Positions 1 through 8,625 of a stretch of 64,000 bases of DNA are shown piece after piece (the first letter of the stretch is position 1; each line of letters opens with the position of its first letter). The translations under genes and the position numbers were made by a program. The notes below the pieces were generated by a model that searched no databases, had not been told where the DNA came from, and saw only the letters and a list, made by a program, of their open reading frames with translations. Source of the stretch: an uncultured virus (IMG/VR IMGVR_UViG_2671180842_000001) (taxonomy: Duplodnaviria > Heunggongvirae > Uroviricota > Caudoviricetes); IMG/VR virus record IMGVR_UViG_2671180842_000001, one strand, 5' to 3'.

Positions 1-138
1 ATGCATAAATCAAATGAAAACATTAACAAAGAGGAGCGCATTAAAAAGACTATAAAAGAATTAGAAGTATTATTAGAATTAGATGTTGAGTTTTTTGAAA
101 GCTTATTAGAAAAAATAGAAAAAGAAGAAGAGTTTTAA
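1..138 (+). CDS. Small hypothetical protein (45 aa, possibly 5'-partial), convergent with the repressor
   Basis: Hand-translated MHKSNENINKEERIKK...EEEF*. Its stop overlaps the repressor stop at 135-138. Confidence 0.5.
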   Translation: MHKSNENINKEERIKKTIKELEVLLELDVEFFESLLEKIEKEEEF

Positions 139-539
139 TTCTCTTCTTTCTTCGTTTTTATTATATAAGCATTATCAATTATTTTTTCTATAGCATTTCT
201 GTCATCATCATTGAGAGAATATATTTTTTTCATAAGTTCCTTAACTTTTTTATTAGCATCTGAATTTTCGATTATGTCAAAAGTTGTATTAGATGTATTA
301 ACTTTATCATTAATTGTATTTCTTGCATCACTTCTGCATAGTAAATAATCTACAGATACATCAAAATAGTCAGCGATATTTTTTAAAGTATCTTGATCAG
401 GAAATCTTCTATCACTTTCCCAATTGCTTACAGCTACTTTTGTAACATTTAATATTTTCCCAAGTTCTTCGCCTGTTATTCTTTTTTCACTTCTTAAATT
501 TTTCAACCTGTTTCCAAATGTGTTAGTCATAGTATTCAC
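135..539 (-). CDS. CI-like XRE HTH repressor
   Basis: LKNLRSEKRITGEELGKILNVTKVAVSNWESDRRFPD HTH_3 pattern; divergent from a cro-like gene. Confidence 0.85.
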   Translation of the reverse strand: MNTMTNTFGNRLKNLRSEKRITGEELGKILNVTKVAVSNWESDRRFPDQDTLKNIADYFDVSVDYLLCRSDARNTINDKVNTSNTTFDIIENSDANKKVKELMKKIYSLNDDDRNAIEKIIDNAYIIKTKKEEN

Positions 540-554
540 CTTCCGTTTTTAATA

Positions 555-690
555 ATTAACTAAATGATAACATGTTATTAGCAAAATGATAACTGTTGTT
601 AGCGAAATGTATATTTTTATTAAAAAATTCATAAAAAGCTATTGACAGTTAGCAAAATGTTAACTATAATTAAGTTAACAAAATGAAAAC
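555..690. promoter_or_regulatory. Lysis/lysogeny switch: sigmaA promoter and repeated 17-bp operators
   Basis: TTGACA(642-647)-17 nt-TATAAT(665-670). GTTAGCAAAATG(A/T)(T/A)AAC-like copies at 555, 577, 598, 648 and 674, and another at 912. Confidence 0.8.
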
Positions 691-916
691 AAAGAGAGGT
701 GATAAAATGGTTAACAATCTTGCTAGATATAGAAAGTTTATGGAGATGTCACAAAAAGAAATGGCAACTGTTGCTAACATGTGTCTGACATCATATTATA
801 TGAAAGAAAAGGGAGCTAGAGAGTTTACTCAAGCAGAAATGTTTAACATATATAATTGCATAAAAAAAAGAGTACCAGAAATAACAATAGAGGAAATTTT
901 TTATAGAGAAAGTTAG
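683..916 (+). CDS. Cro-like XRE HTH protein (likely start ATG 707)
   Basis: NLARYRKFMEMSQKEMA...YYMKEKGAREF HTH; GAGGTG RBS before 707. Confidence 0.8.
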   Translation: MKTKRGDKMVNNLARYRKFMEMSQKEMATVANMCLTSYYMKEKGAREFTQAEMFNIYNCIKKRVPEITIEEIFYRES

Positions 917-991
917 CAAAATGAAAACAAAAGGAGTTGAAAGAAAAGCACTTTGGAAGTTAAATATAGAATATTCAAAAGAGGTGATTAG

Positions 992-1129
992 ATGGAAAGA
1001 GAGCAAACAACGCTTCGTATACCAGAAGACTTGCACAAAGCGTTGATAGATTTAAGCAGTGATATAGGAATGCCTATTACATCTATTATAATAATTGCAT
1101 GTTGGTTGTATATATCAAAGATAAATTAA
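992..1129 (+). CDS. Arc-like ribbon-helix-helix protein (45 aa, not in ORF track)
   Basis: GAGGTG RBS; MEREQTTLRIPEDLHKALIDLSSDIGMPITSII. Confidence 0.6.
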   Translation: MEREQTTLRIPEDLHKALIDLSSDIGMPITSIIIIACWLYISKIN

Positions 1130-1426
1130 CCAATCCGATATGCAAAATGAATGCACAACATTATTTATTAGAGAATTGATTGATAAATTATTTTCTTTAG
1201 CTGTTTTCTCTAGCAACTCTTTTAGGACACCAGGAATCCTAAGAGTAGAACGAACAGTATCATCACTTTTATACGAGATTGATTGAAGTTCATTAACTTT
1301 TGAATTTCTAATAATATCATTAATAGCGTATAGAATAAGCGAAGATTTGAGAATGCCTGTTTGATAAGAAATTTTTTCTAAATTTTCATTTAATGGTGTA
1401 TATATTCTTACAGTAATAGTAGTCAT
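1115..1426 (-). CDS. Tandem ribbon-helix-helix regulator
   Basis: Two RHH units (TITVRIYTPL..., STLRIPGVLKELLEKTAKENNLSINSLI); GGAGGTG RBS. Confidence 0.7.
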   Translation of the reverse strand: MTTITVRIYTPLNENLEKISYQTGILKSSLILYAINDIIRNSKVNELQSISYKSDDTVRSTLRIPGVLKELLEKTAKENNLSINSLINNVVHSFCISDWLIYL

Positions 1427-1513
1427 TTTGACACCTCCCTAATGACATTATACAAAAAATATTTAAAAAAGTCTTGACACTAAAATAGTGTCATAATATA
1501 ATGATTATAGACA

Positions 1514-1717
1514 GTGAATCAGTGTCGTAAGGAGGGAGGAATAAGAATGGAAAAAGTAAGAATGACAGTAAGGCTCGTCCCAAAATTAAATCAATATGTA
1601 CAGAATATAGCCAAAGAATGTGGAAAAAGTAAAAATTCTATTATTGTGGATGCATGTTGGGAGTTTATTGAGAAAATAAAAAAAGAAAATAAATTCAATG
1701 TAGAAAGCGAGGAATAA
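1514..1717 (+). CDS. Arc/RHH DNA-binding protein (likely start 1547)
   Basis: VRMTVRLVPKLNQYVQNIAKECGKSKNSII. Confidence 0.7.
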   Translation: MNQCRKEGGIRMEKVRMTVRLVPKLNQYVQNIAKECGKSKNSIIVDACWEFIEKIKKENKFNVESEE

Positions 1718-1719
1718 AT

Positions 1720-2475
1720 ATGAATAATCTACAGATATTTGAAAAATTGGAATTTGGTCAAATAAGAATGGTTGAGGTTGATAAGAAACCATATTTTGTT
1801 GCAACAGATATAGCTAAATGTTTAGGATATGCAAACACAAGTAAAGCAATAAATGACCATTGTAGGTGGGTAACAAAAAGTTACATACCTCATCCGCAAA
1901 ATGAAAATAAGATATTAGAAGTAAATGCAATACCTGAAAGTGATATGTATAGATTGATTGTAAATAGTAAACTACCAAATGCAGAAAAATTTGAAAGTTG
2001 GGTATTTGATGAAGTTTTACCAACAATACGTAAAACTGGAGGATATATACATACAACAGAAGATATGTCAGATGATGAAATTATGGCAAGAGCATTACAA
2101 GTAGCTCAAAGGAAAATAGAAAGTAAAAATAGAGAACTTGAAGAAAAAAATAGATTTATCAATCAAATAGCATCTTCAAAAAATAGTTTACTTGTGAGGG
2201 AGGTAGCAAAAGTAATTTCTAAAAGTAACGGAATAATAATTGGTGAGAAAAGGCTATATGAAAAATTAAGAGTATGGGGTTTGGTATTTAAAAATTCAAC
2301 TGAACCAAAACAATTTGCAGTGGAAAAAGGTTATTTAGAAACTGTGGAAGGTACTAGAGAGACATCAACAGGTGTATTTACCTATAGAACAACAAGAGTT
2401 ACAGGAAAAGGTCAAGAGTACATTCTAAAAAGATTATTAAAGGAAGAGGAAGAACAATTATCAATGTTAAGTTAA
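1720..2475 (+). CDS. Phage antirepressor, Bro-N plus KilAC/ANT domains
   Basis: PYFVATDIAKCLGY, FESWVFDEVLPTIRKTGGY, TTRVTGKGQEYI. Confidence 0.9.
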   Translation: MNNLQIFEKLEFGQIRMVEVDKKPYFVATDIAKCLGYANTSKAINDHCRWVTKSYIPHPQNENKILEVNAIPESDMYRLIVNSKLPNAEKFESWVFDEVLPTIRKTGGYIHTTEDMSDDEIMARALQVAQRKIESKNRELEEKNRFINQIASSKNSLLVREVAKVISKSNGIIIGEKRLYEKLRVWGLVFKNSTEPKQFAVEKGYLETVEGTRETSTGVFTYRTTRVTGKGQEYILKRLLKEEEEQLSMLS

Positions 2476-2558
2476 AACATGACAGCACTTTGAAAACTAA
2501 ATACAGAATATTTTGAAATATATTGTTTTAATTAATTATTAACTAGGAGGTTAAATAC

Positions 2559-2753
2559 ATGAAAAATAATACAATCGATTCAAGAGTAAAATATTTTTGC
2601 AAGTGTCCATATTGTGGGTTTGATAATGAGGTAGAAGTTAAAAAAGGATTGAAGCCTAAGATATGTTGCATATGTACAAAAGAAGTTGAGTATGAAAAAC
2701 TGGAGCAACAAAGTACTCCAGCAAATATAGAAATTAAAGGAGTGTGTAATTAA
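2559..2753 (+). CDS. Small zinc-ribbon protein
   Basis: CPYC and CCIC motifs; GGAGG RBS. Confidence 0.6.
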   Translation: MKNNTIDSRVKYFCKCPYCGFDNEVEVKKGLKPKICCICTKEVEYEKLEQQSTPANIEIKGVCN

Positions 2754-2951
2754 ATGAAAATTTCATTTGAAAGTGTAGTGAACAATGTAAATAATGAAAC
2801 AGAATTAATATTATCAAAAGAAGAGTTACAAATAGCCAAAAGGATACTTAATATATTGAATGAAAATGAACAAAGTATCCTTTCCTCAAAAGATATTTTA
2901 GATTTTTGCAAAGAAGCTCTTAAATATAATTTAGTGCCTACGTTTGTTTAA
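2754..2951 (+). CDS. Hypothetical phage protein
   Basis: Directly abuts the upstream gene. Confidence 0.55.
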   Translation: MKISFESVVNNVNNETELILSKEELQIAKRILNILNENEQSILSSKDILDFCKEALKYNLVPTFV

Positions 2952-3138
2952 AGACACTGAGACCATCACCTTTAGAAAAACTATTATTGACTTCTGAAAG
3001 TTTCAAAAAGATTTCATGGTAATGTTTTAAAAGTTCTTCTTCAGAAGAATTTTTAAAATCATATTTTTCCTTAAGAATTTCTAAAGTAAGAGTATGTAAT
3101 ATATCTTTACTGAACTGCATAATATCACCAACTTTCAT
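2938..3138 (-). CDS. Hypothetical protein, antisense to the early operon
   Basis: ORF with GGTGA RBS before internal Met 3120 and a TATAAT upstream on the minus strand. Confidence 0.5.
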   Translation of the reverse strand: MKVGDIMQFSKDILHTLTLEILKEKYDFKNSSEEELLKHYHEIFLKLSEVNNSFSKGDGLSVFKQT

Positions 3139-3190
3139 AAAAAGATATAGGATTTATCCTACAAATATATTATATCAAAGGAGGAAATTA

Positions 3191-3388
3191 ATGGCAATTA
3201 ATGACAGTATAAACAAAATTTTAAGAGATAGAGATTTAAAAGCATGGAAATTAGCAAAAGAAATAGGCGTAGATTCAGGGAATTTATATGCAATTTTAAG
3301 AGGAGAAAATAAAAATCCAACTATAGATACATTAATAAAAATAGCTGACTATTTAGACGTTACATTAGATAAACTAGCTGGAAGATAG
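3191..3388 (+). CDS. XRE HTH protein
   Basis: WKLAKEIGVDSGNLYAILRGENKNPTIDTLIKIADYLDV. Confidence 0.85.
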   Translation: MAINDSINKILRDRDLKAWKLAKEIGVDSGNLYAILRGENKNPTIDTLIKIADYLDVTLDKLAGR

Positions 3389-3404
3389 AAAGGGTGAGAT
3401 AAAA

Positions 3405-3734
3405 GTGAGTGTAGCATTACAATTCATAGACACAAAAGACTTAGTACAAGAATTAATGCAAAGAGATGATACAACAGACATCATCAAGATGTTTTTAGAT
3501 AGAAAAGGAATTAAAAGGATGAATTTAGTTACATTAAAAGAGTTTAAAGAATACTTAAAAGTGTCTGATGTAACTGCAAGAAATATGGTGAAGGAAGCAG
3601 AAGCACAAAATCTATATACAGTTTTCAAAATTGCAGGATGCTACAGAATAGATTTAATTTCTTTTGAAGAATATGTAATGAAAAATGCAATGAAAGATAG
3701 AGATGTAATGAAAAAGAGAAAGGAGGTGATTTAA
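3405..3734 (+). CDS. Excisionase-like HTH protein
   Basis: LVTLKEFKEYLKVSDVTARNMV...FKIAGCYRIDL pattern. Confidence 0.6.
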   Translation: MSVALQFIDTKDLVQELMQRDDTTDIIKMFLDRKGIKRMNLVTLKEFKEYLKVSDVTARNMVKEAEAQNLYTVFKIAGCYRIDLISFEEYVMKNAMKDRDVMKKRKEVI

Positions 3735-3835
3735 TTGAATGTAAAGGTACTAATAGCTTATATACAGTTTTGTAAGCAATATAATAAGAAAGCGAGTTTT
3801 GAAGGTCTTAAAAAATACAACAAAGGGGTAATTGC

Positions 3836-4030
3836 ATGAGAATAATCTATAAAAACAAAGTCTACAAAGTAGAACAAGATAGAAAGTTATTTAGAATTAC
3901 ATACTATGATGAGCAGAAAAATAACAGGAAGTTTAATAATAATAAGAAAGTAAAAAGAAGTGTTTTAACAAGAGATATAGAGTTAGTTAACTTGTATTTA
4001 CCAAGTAAATTAAAAATTAAGGGGGATTAA
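3836..4030 (+). CDS. Hypothetical phage protein
   Basis: ORF with RBS in the early operon. Confidence 0.55.
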   Translation: MRIIYKNKVYKVEQDRKLFRITYYDEQKNNRKFNNNKKVKRSVLTRDIELVNLYLPSKLKIKGD

Positions 4031-4032
4031 TC

Positions 4033-4350
4033 ATGAAAAGTTTAATTATAGTAAGAAATGCAATAGAGCAACAACTAAATAGAGCTAATTTAGAAATAAA
4101 TAAAAACGAGCAACTTTATACAAAACTTAGAAAAAAAGAAGAAAGAGATATATTAGAAGACATTGCATTGAGTAATGCTTTAAGAGAAAAAAGCGTAAAC
4201 GAAAGATTAAAAATATTTGCTGAGTCATTACTAGAAATTATAGATACACAAATTGAAATAAAAGAATATGAAGAAAGTGAGGATTACAAGATATTTCAAT
4301 TAATTTTAGAAGAACTTGAAAGAGATATACCTATAGATGTGCAGATATAA
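4033..4350 (+). CDS. Hypothetical phage protein
   Basis: ORF with GGGGG RBS. Confidence 0.6.
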   Translation: MKSLIIVRNAIEQQLNRANLEINKNEQLYTKLRKKEERDILEDIALSNALREKSVNERLKIFAESLLEIIDTQIEIKEYEESEDYKIFQLILEELERDIPIDVQI

Positions 4351-4433
4351 GAAAAGAGCCATTGCGACTGGCTCTAATCAAAAATAGATACAAATAAATT
4401 ATAGCTATATTATAGCACAAACGGAGGGAAATT

Positions 4434-4943
4434 ATGAGTACTTTATATGAATTAACTACAGATTTATTAGAAATAGAAGAAGGTTTAACAGAAACAACAG
4501 GAAATGAAGCTGAAAAACTAGAGGAAATAAAAGAAATAATAAAACAAGAGATACAAAATAAAAACACTAGGATAGTTTCAGTAATATTAAACATTGACAG
4601 TGATATAAACTCTATAGATTCAGAGATTAAAAGATTGCAAGAGTTGAAAAGGGTCAAAAAGAATACTCTTGATAGATTAAAAAGCAATATAAAAGACTGT
4701 ATGGAATTACTTGGTACTAAAAAAGTAGAAACAATTTTAGGAAATATAAGTATAAGAAAGTCAGCAGGTAGCTTAGTCATAGAAGATGAAGAAAAGATAC
4801 CTGCTATATATAAAACAGTAGAGCAAGTTGTAAAAGTAGATAAGAATATCATTAAAGACTTTATTAAAAAAGGTCATGAGGTTGAAGGTTGCAGGATTGA
4901 ATATGGAACTACACTAACAATTCCAAAAGCTAAAAAAGAGTAG
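4434..4943 (+). CDS. Siphovirus Gp157-family protein
   Basis: MSTLYELT...EIKRLQELK...VKVDKNIIKDFIKKGHEVEGC; directly upstream of ERF. Confidence 0.85.
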   Translation: MSTLYELTTDLLEIEEGLTETTGNEAEKLEEIKEIIKQEIQNKNTRIVSVILNIDSDINSIDSEIKRLQELKRVKKNTLDRLKSNIKDCMELLGTKKVETILGNISIRKSAGSLVIEDEEKIPAIYKTVEQVVKVDKNIIKDFIKKGHEVEGCRIEYGTTLTIPKAKKE

Positions 4944-5561
4944 GTGAGGACCATGGAAACTAATAATGTTTATATAAAACTTGTAAATATACAGAATACT
5001 TTAAAAGCTCCTAAAAACCAATACAATAATTTCGGAAAATACAATTACAGGAGTTGTGAGGATATTTTAGAAGGTTTAAAACCTATTCTAAAAGAAGAAA
5101 AAGCATTGGTTATATTGGATGATAATATTGTTCAGATAGGAAATAGATTTTATGTAGAAGCTACAGCAACTTTAATAGATGCAGAAACAGGAGAAAAAAT
5201 ATCTACAAAGGCATTAGCTAGAGAAGATGAAACTAAAAAAGGTATGGATTTAGCACAAGTAACTGGAAGTGTATCAAGTTATGCAAGAAAGTATGCTTTA
5301 AATGGATTATTTTGTATTGATGATACAAAAGACAGTGATGCAACAAATAAACATGGAAATGAGCAGAAAAAAAAAGAAGTTAATGAGAGTGAATTAAATA
5401 CACTATATTCGCTAGGAGAATCTATAGAAAAAGATAAAAATAGAGTTGATAGTGAAGTATATAAGAAGTTTGGAAAGTTAGCAGTAGATTTGACTAAGCA
5501 AGAGTATGAGAAAGTTTTAAATGGATATAAGAGCATTTTAGAGAAGCAAAAACAAGAGTAG
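4944..5561 (+). CDS. ERF-family ssDNA annealing protein
   Basis: LKAPKNQYNNFGKYNYRSCEDI; AQVTGSVSSYARKYALNGLFCIDD. Confidence 0.9.
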   Translation: MRTMETNNVYIKLVNIQNTLKAPKNQYNNFGKYNYRSCEDILEGLKPILKEEKALVILDDNIVQIGNRFYVEATATLIDAETGEKISTKALAREDETKKGMDLAQVTGSVSSYARKYALNGLFCIDDTKDSDATNKHGNEQKKKEVNESELNTLYSLGESIEKDKNRVDSEVYKKFGKLAVDLTKQEYEKVLNGYKSILEKQKQE

Positions 5562-6452
5562 GTGATAGTATTGGGGATTATAAGAGTAAGCAAAGACAAA
5601 GATAATCCATATGTAGTTTTAAATAAAACTTGTTTGGAAGATGTAAAATTAAGCTGGCAAGCAAAAGGTTTACATTCATATCTGATTAGTAAGCCCGACC
5701 ACTGGAAAATCTATGTTAATGACCTTTGCAAGAGAAGTAAAAATGGAAGAGATGCTACAGCAAATATTTTAAAAGAACTTATAGAAAATGGATATATAAC
5801 AAGAAAACCTTGTAGAGATTCTAATACTAATAAAATGCTTGGAGGGTATGATTATGAAGTATATGAGATACCACTTGAAAATCCTCAGAAGCTAAAATCC
5901 CGAAAAACTGATTTCCCGGAAACCGGATTTCCCGGAAACCGGGTTTCTCGGAAACCGGAAAACACGGAAGTAGTAAGTAATGACTTTAAAGTAAATAATG
6001 ATATTACTACTATTGTTATTAATGAACAATCCAATAAAGACAAAACCACCTATATAAAAAAATACTTTGAAAAATATATAGGTGTGATTACTCCTAATAA
6101 CTTTATAGAGTTAATGAGTTACTTAGATGATGGAATGGAAGCTGATGTAATAATAAGAGCTGTTGATGAAGCTGTAGGCAGTGGAGTTAAGAATTATAAG
6201 TATGTAAAGACAATCTTAAATAATTGGATAGAAGCAGGTGTAAAAACTGTTTTAGAACTTACAGAATATCAGAATGAATTTGAAAGAAAGAAAAAGAGTA
6301 AGCAGGAAAAGAAGCAGTCTAATAGTAAAACTGTGAATACTCATAATGTGAATAAAAATAAGTTTGCTAACTTCAATCAGACTTTCACTCAATATGAAGA
6401 AAAAGAGCTAGATGAGATTATTAAAAAGAGTCAGAAGGAAAAATTTAAATAA
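5562..6452 (+). CDS. Replication initiator (N-terminal HTH, C-terminal DnaD domain)
   Basis: LSWQAKGLHSYL; NYKYVKTILNNWIEAGVKT DnaD motif; internal iterons. Confidence 0.85.
   Translation: MIVLGIIRVSKDKDNPYVVLNKTCLEDVKLSWQAKGLHSYLISKPDHWKIYVNDLCKRSKNGRDATANILKELIENGYITRKPCRDSNTNKMLGGYDYEVYEIPLENPQKLKSRKTDFPETGFPGNRVSRKPENTEVVSNDFKVNNDITTIVINEQSNKDKTTYIKKYFEKYIGVITPNNFIELMSYLDDGMEADVIIRAVDEAVGSGVKNYKYVKTILNNWIEAGVKTVLELTEYQNEFERKKKSKQEKKQSNSKTVNTHNVNKNKFANFNQTFTQYEEKELDEIIKKSQKEKFK
5900..5970. repeat. ~15-bp tandem iterons, probable origin of phage A
   Basis: Repeated (t/c)ccggaaaccgg(a/g)tt units inside the initiator gene, as in lambdoid origins. Confidence 0.7.
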
Positions 6453-6512
6453 AATTAAACTTCTAGGAAGTAAATATCAATATATTGCTTCCTAGAAAAG
6501 GGGAGGTATAAA

Positions 6513-6686
6513 ATGGCGAGAATATATGCACAAAGAAGTGGTTCTTTAAATGAACAAGATAGATTGGAGTTATTAAGATTACTTGGGAAAGCTGGATATA
6601 CAGTAAAGGTTGCTAGAGAGAAGCAAAATAGCAAGACAACTTATACTTACTTTGTTGAGTATACAGAAGAACAGGAAGAAAAATAG
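6513..6686 (+). CDS. Small hypothetical protein (57 aa, not in ORF track)
   Basis: GGGAGGT RBS; MARIYAQRSGSLNEQDRLELLRLLGKAGYTV. Confidence 0.65.
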   Translation: MARIYAQRSGSLNEQDRLELLRLLGKAGYTVKVAREKQNSKTTYTYFVEYTEEQEEK

Positions 6687-6701
6687 AAGGGGGCTAGTTA
6701 A

Positions 6702-7109
6702 ATGAATACAATAACTTTAGTTGGAAGATTAGTTGCAGATGCAGAATTGAAGTACCTTCCAAATTCAGGTACTCCAAAAATAACCTTTTCAATGGCAGTA
6801 GATAGAAGGTTTAAAGATAAAAATGGAAATAAAATAACTGATTTTATTCAATGCGAGCAATTAGGAAAACATGTAGAGAATTTAGTGCAATATCTTGTTA
6901 AAGGTAAGCCTATATATGCTGTTGGAGAGTTAAATATATATAATTACAAAGATGAAAATGGTTGCTGGAAATCTATTACTAAGGTTAATGTAAATGCTTT
7001 AGAACTACTTTCTAGTAAAAATGATAATAATGCTAAACAAGAATATGTACCACCAGGATTAGACCCACAAGGTTTTCAAGCAATAGATGATGACGATATA
7101 CCTTTTTAA
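6702..7109 (+). CDS. ssb: Single-stranded DNA-binding protein
   Basis: MNTITLVGRLVADAEL; C-terminal DDDIPF. Confidence 0.95.
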   Translation: MNTITLVGRLVADAELKYLPNSGTPKITFSMAVDRRFKDKNGNKITDFIQCEQLGKHVENLVQYLVKGKPIYAVGELNIYNYKDENGCWKSITKVNVNALELLSSKNDNNAKQEYVPPGLDPQGFQAIDDDDIPF

Positions 7110-7182
7110 TTAAGTTAAATAATCTAGGGAGTAATTATGCAATATTACTTCCTAGGAGTTAAAAAATATTGGAGGTTTAAGA

Positions 7183-7686
7183 GTGAAATATGAGTGTGAG
7201 AAAGTGTTCTTAGAATGCGATAAGGGAAGTTTTGAGATAAATGATACAAGAGCTGAAGAAGTAACATTCGAGGGTACAGAAATAGACAATCTGTTTGAGA
7301 GAGTAAAATATGAAGGGACTTTTACAATAATATCTGGATGGGATTCTTTATTGAGAGATATATTGTGGCTTGAAATGCGGAAAGTCTTAAAAATTATAAC
7401 AGGAAAAATGATGATGGGGGTATTAGGAATGATAATAATTAGAAGTCAAGATAAAACTGATTTAGTAAAAGCTGATTGGATAAATGTTGATAAAGAATGT
7501 GTATATGCAATGTTTGGAGATATGGATAACTTTAAAAAGATAGGTGAGTATGAGGATGAAAAAAGGGCTATACAAGTGCTGGATAATATACAAAGATTTA
7601 TTGAAGGTGGAACTAGAACAGATTCTATAGACAGTTATAAGGTTAGAAGTTATAGAAATAGAATATTTCAAATGCCAGTTAAATAG
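7183..7686 (+). CDS. Hypothetical protein (possibly two fused ORFs, internal MIIIRSQD)
   Basis: ORF track; GGAGG RBS. Confidence 0.55.
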   Translation: MKYECEKVFLECDKGSFEINDTRAEEVTFEGTEIDNLFERVKYEGTFTIISGWDSLLRDILWLEMRKVLKIITGKMMMGVLGMIIIRSQDKTDLVKADWINVDKECVYAMFGDMDNFKKIGEYEDEKRAIQVLDNIQRFIEGGTRTDSIDSYKVRSYRNRIFQMPVK

Positions 7687-7699
7687 GGAGGTTACTGAA

Positions 7700-8065
7700 A
7701 TGTTAAAGGTTGAAAAATATTTTAGTGGTTCTTTAGGAACAAATATCATAGATGATGACCCTACATGTAGAAATTACTTAGCACTATATTGTTGTGTTCA
7801 CGGAGTAAGAAAAAATGGAGAACTTATATTTCCAACATGTGAAAAAATGTTAATAGAGTTTAATGTTGATAAAAATAGAAAAAAGAAAAAGAAAGGTTCA
7901 AAGGTAAAGTTGATTAATGCCAAAACTGGTGAAGAAAAAATATTTGATTCTATAGATAGTGCAGCATGTTTTTTAAGACTACAGAGTCAGGCAGTTTACC
8001 AAACAATTAAAAAGAAAACTAAAACAAGAAGTGGCTGGAAAGCTGAATATATTGAGGAGGAATAA
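7700..8065 (+). CDS. Protein with a NUMOD1-like DNA-binding domain
   Basis: TGEEKIFDSIDSAACFL...GWKAEY. Confidence 0.55.
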   Translation: MLKVEKYFSGSLGTNIIDDDPTCRNYLALYCCVHGVRKNGELIFPTCEKMLIEFNVDKNRKKKKKGSKVKLINAKTGEEKIFDSIDSAACFLRLQSQAVYQTIKKKTKTRSGWKAEYIEEE

Positions 8066-8164
8066 TGGAAGTTTCAAGGACTGAATACACAATTAAAAGA
8101 GCAAAAGAGTTATATGATAATGGAGAGGATATATTTATTGCTATAGATAAGGCTAGAGAAGAAT

Positions 8165-8518
8165 ATGAGGAGATGGTTAAAAGTGAATATCTTAGCTAGT
8201 GTGATATTAGTAATAGGAAGTTTTATAGCTGGTAGAGTTTATGAGTATAGATTGAATTTAAATGAAAATGATGAAGCTGATTCAAAAGTACTTTTAGATG
8301 TTTTTAATGAAATTAGTGTGTTAAGAGAAGAAAATAAAAGCCTTAAAGAAAAGTTACAAGAGAAAGAGTTACTATTCATCAATAGATTAATAGATTTTTT
8401 ACATGATAAAAAGATATGCGAATGTTGTATTTATGACTGTAAGATTGATGATATTGAATATGATTGTGAAGATGGTATTAAAAAGTGGCTTGATAGCGAA
8501 GAACTTATATTTGAATAG
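8165..8518 (+). CDS. Hypothetical protein with N-terminal membrane helix (likely start GTG 8183)
   Basis: NILASVILVIGSFIAG hydrophobic segment; Cys-rich C-terminus. Confidence 0.55.
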   Translation: MRRWLKVNILASVILVIGSFIAGRVYEYRLNLNENDEADSKVLLDVFNEISVLREENKSLKEKLQEKELLFINRLIDFLHDKKICECCIYDCKIDDIEYDCEDGIKKWLDSEELIFE

Positions 8519-8547
8519 AAGAAATATCTAATTAAAACAGTTTAGAG

Positions 8548-8613
8548 AGTTGCAAAATGTTTTTTAATAAAATTATCATTGAGATGTTTTGTAACTCTCA
8601 AAAATGAAAATAA
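8548..8613. repeat. 66-bp hairpin-forming direct repeat, copy 1
   Basis: First 13 and last 29 nt are identical to 9701-9766. Confidence 0.8.
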
Positions 8614-8625
8614 GGAGGCGTTGTA

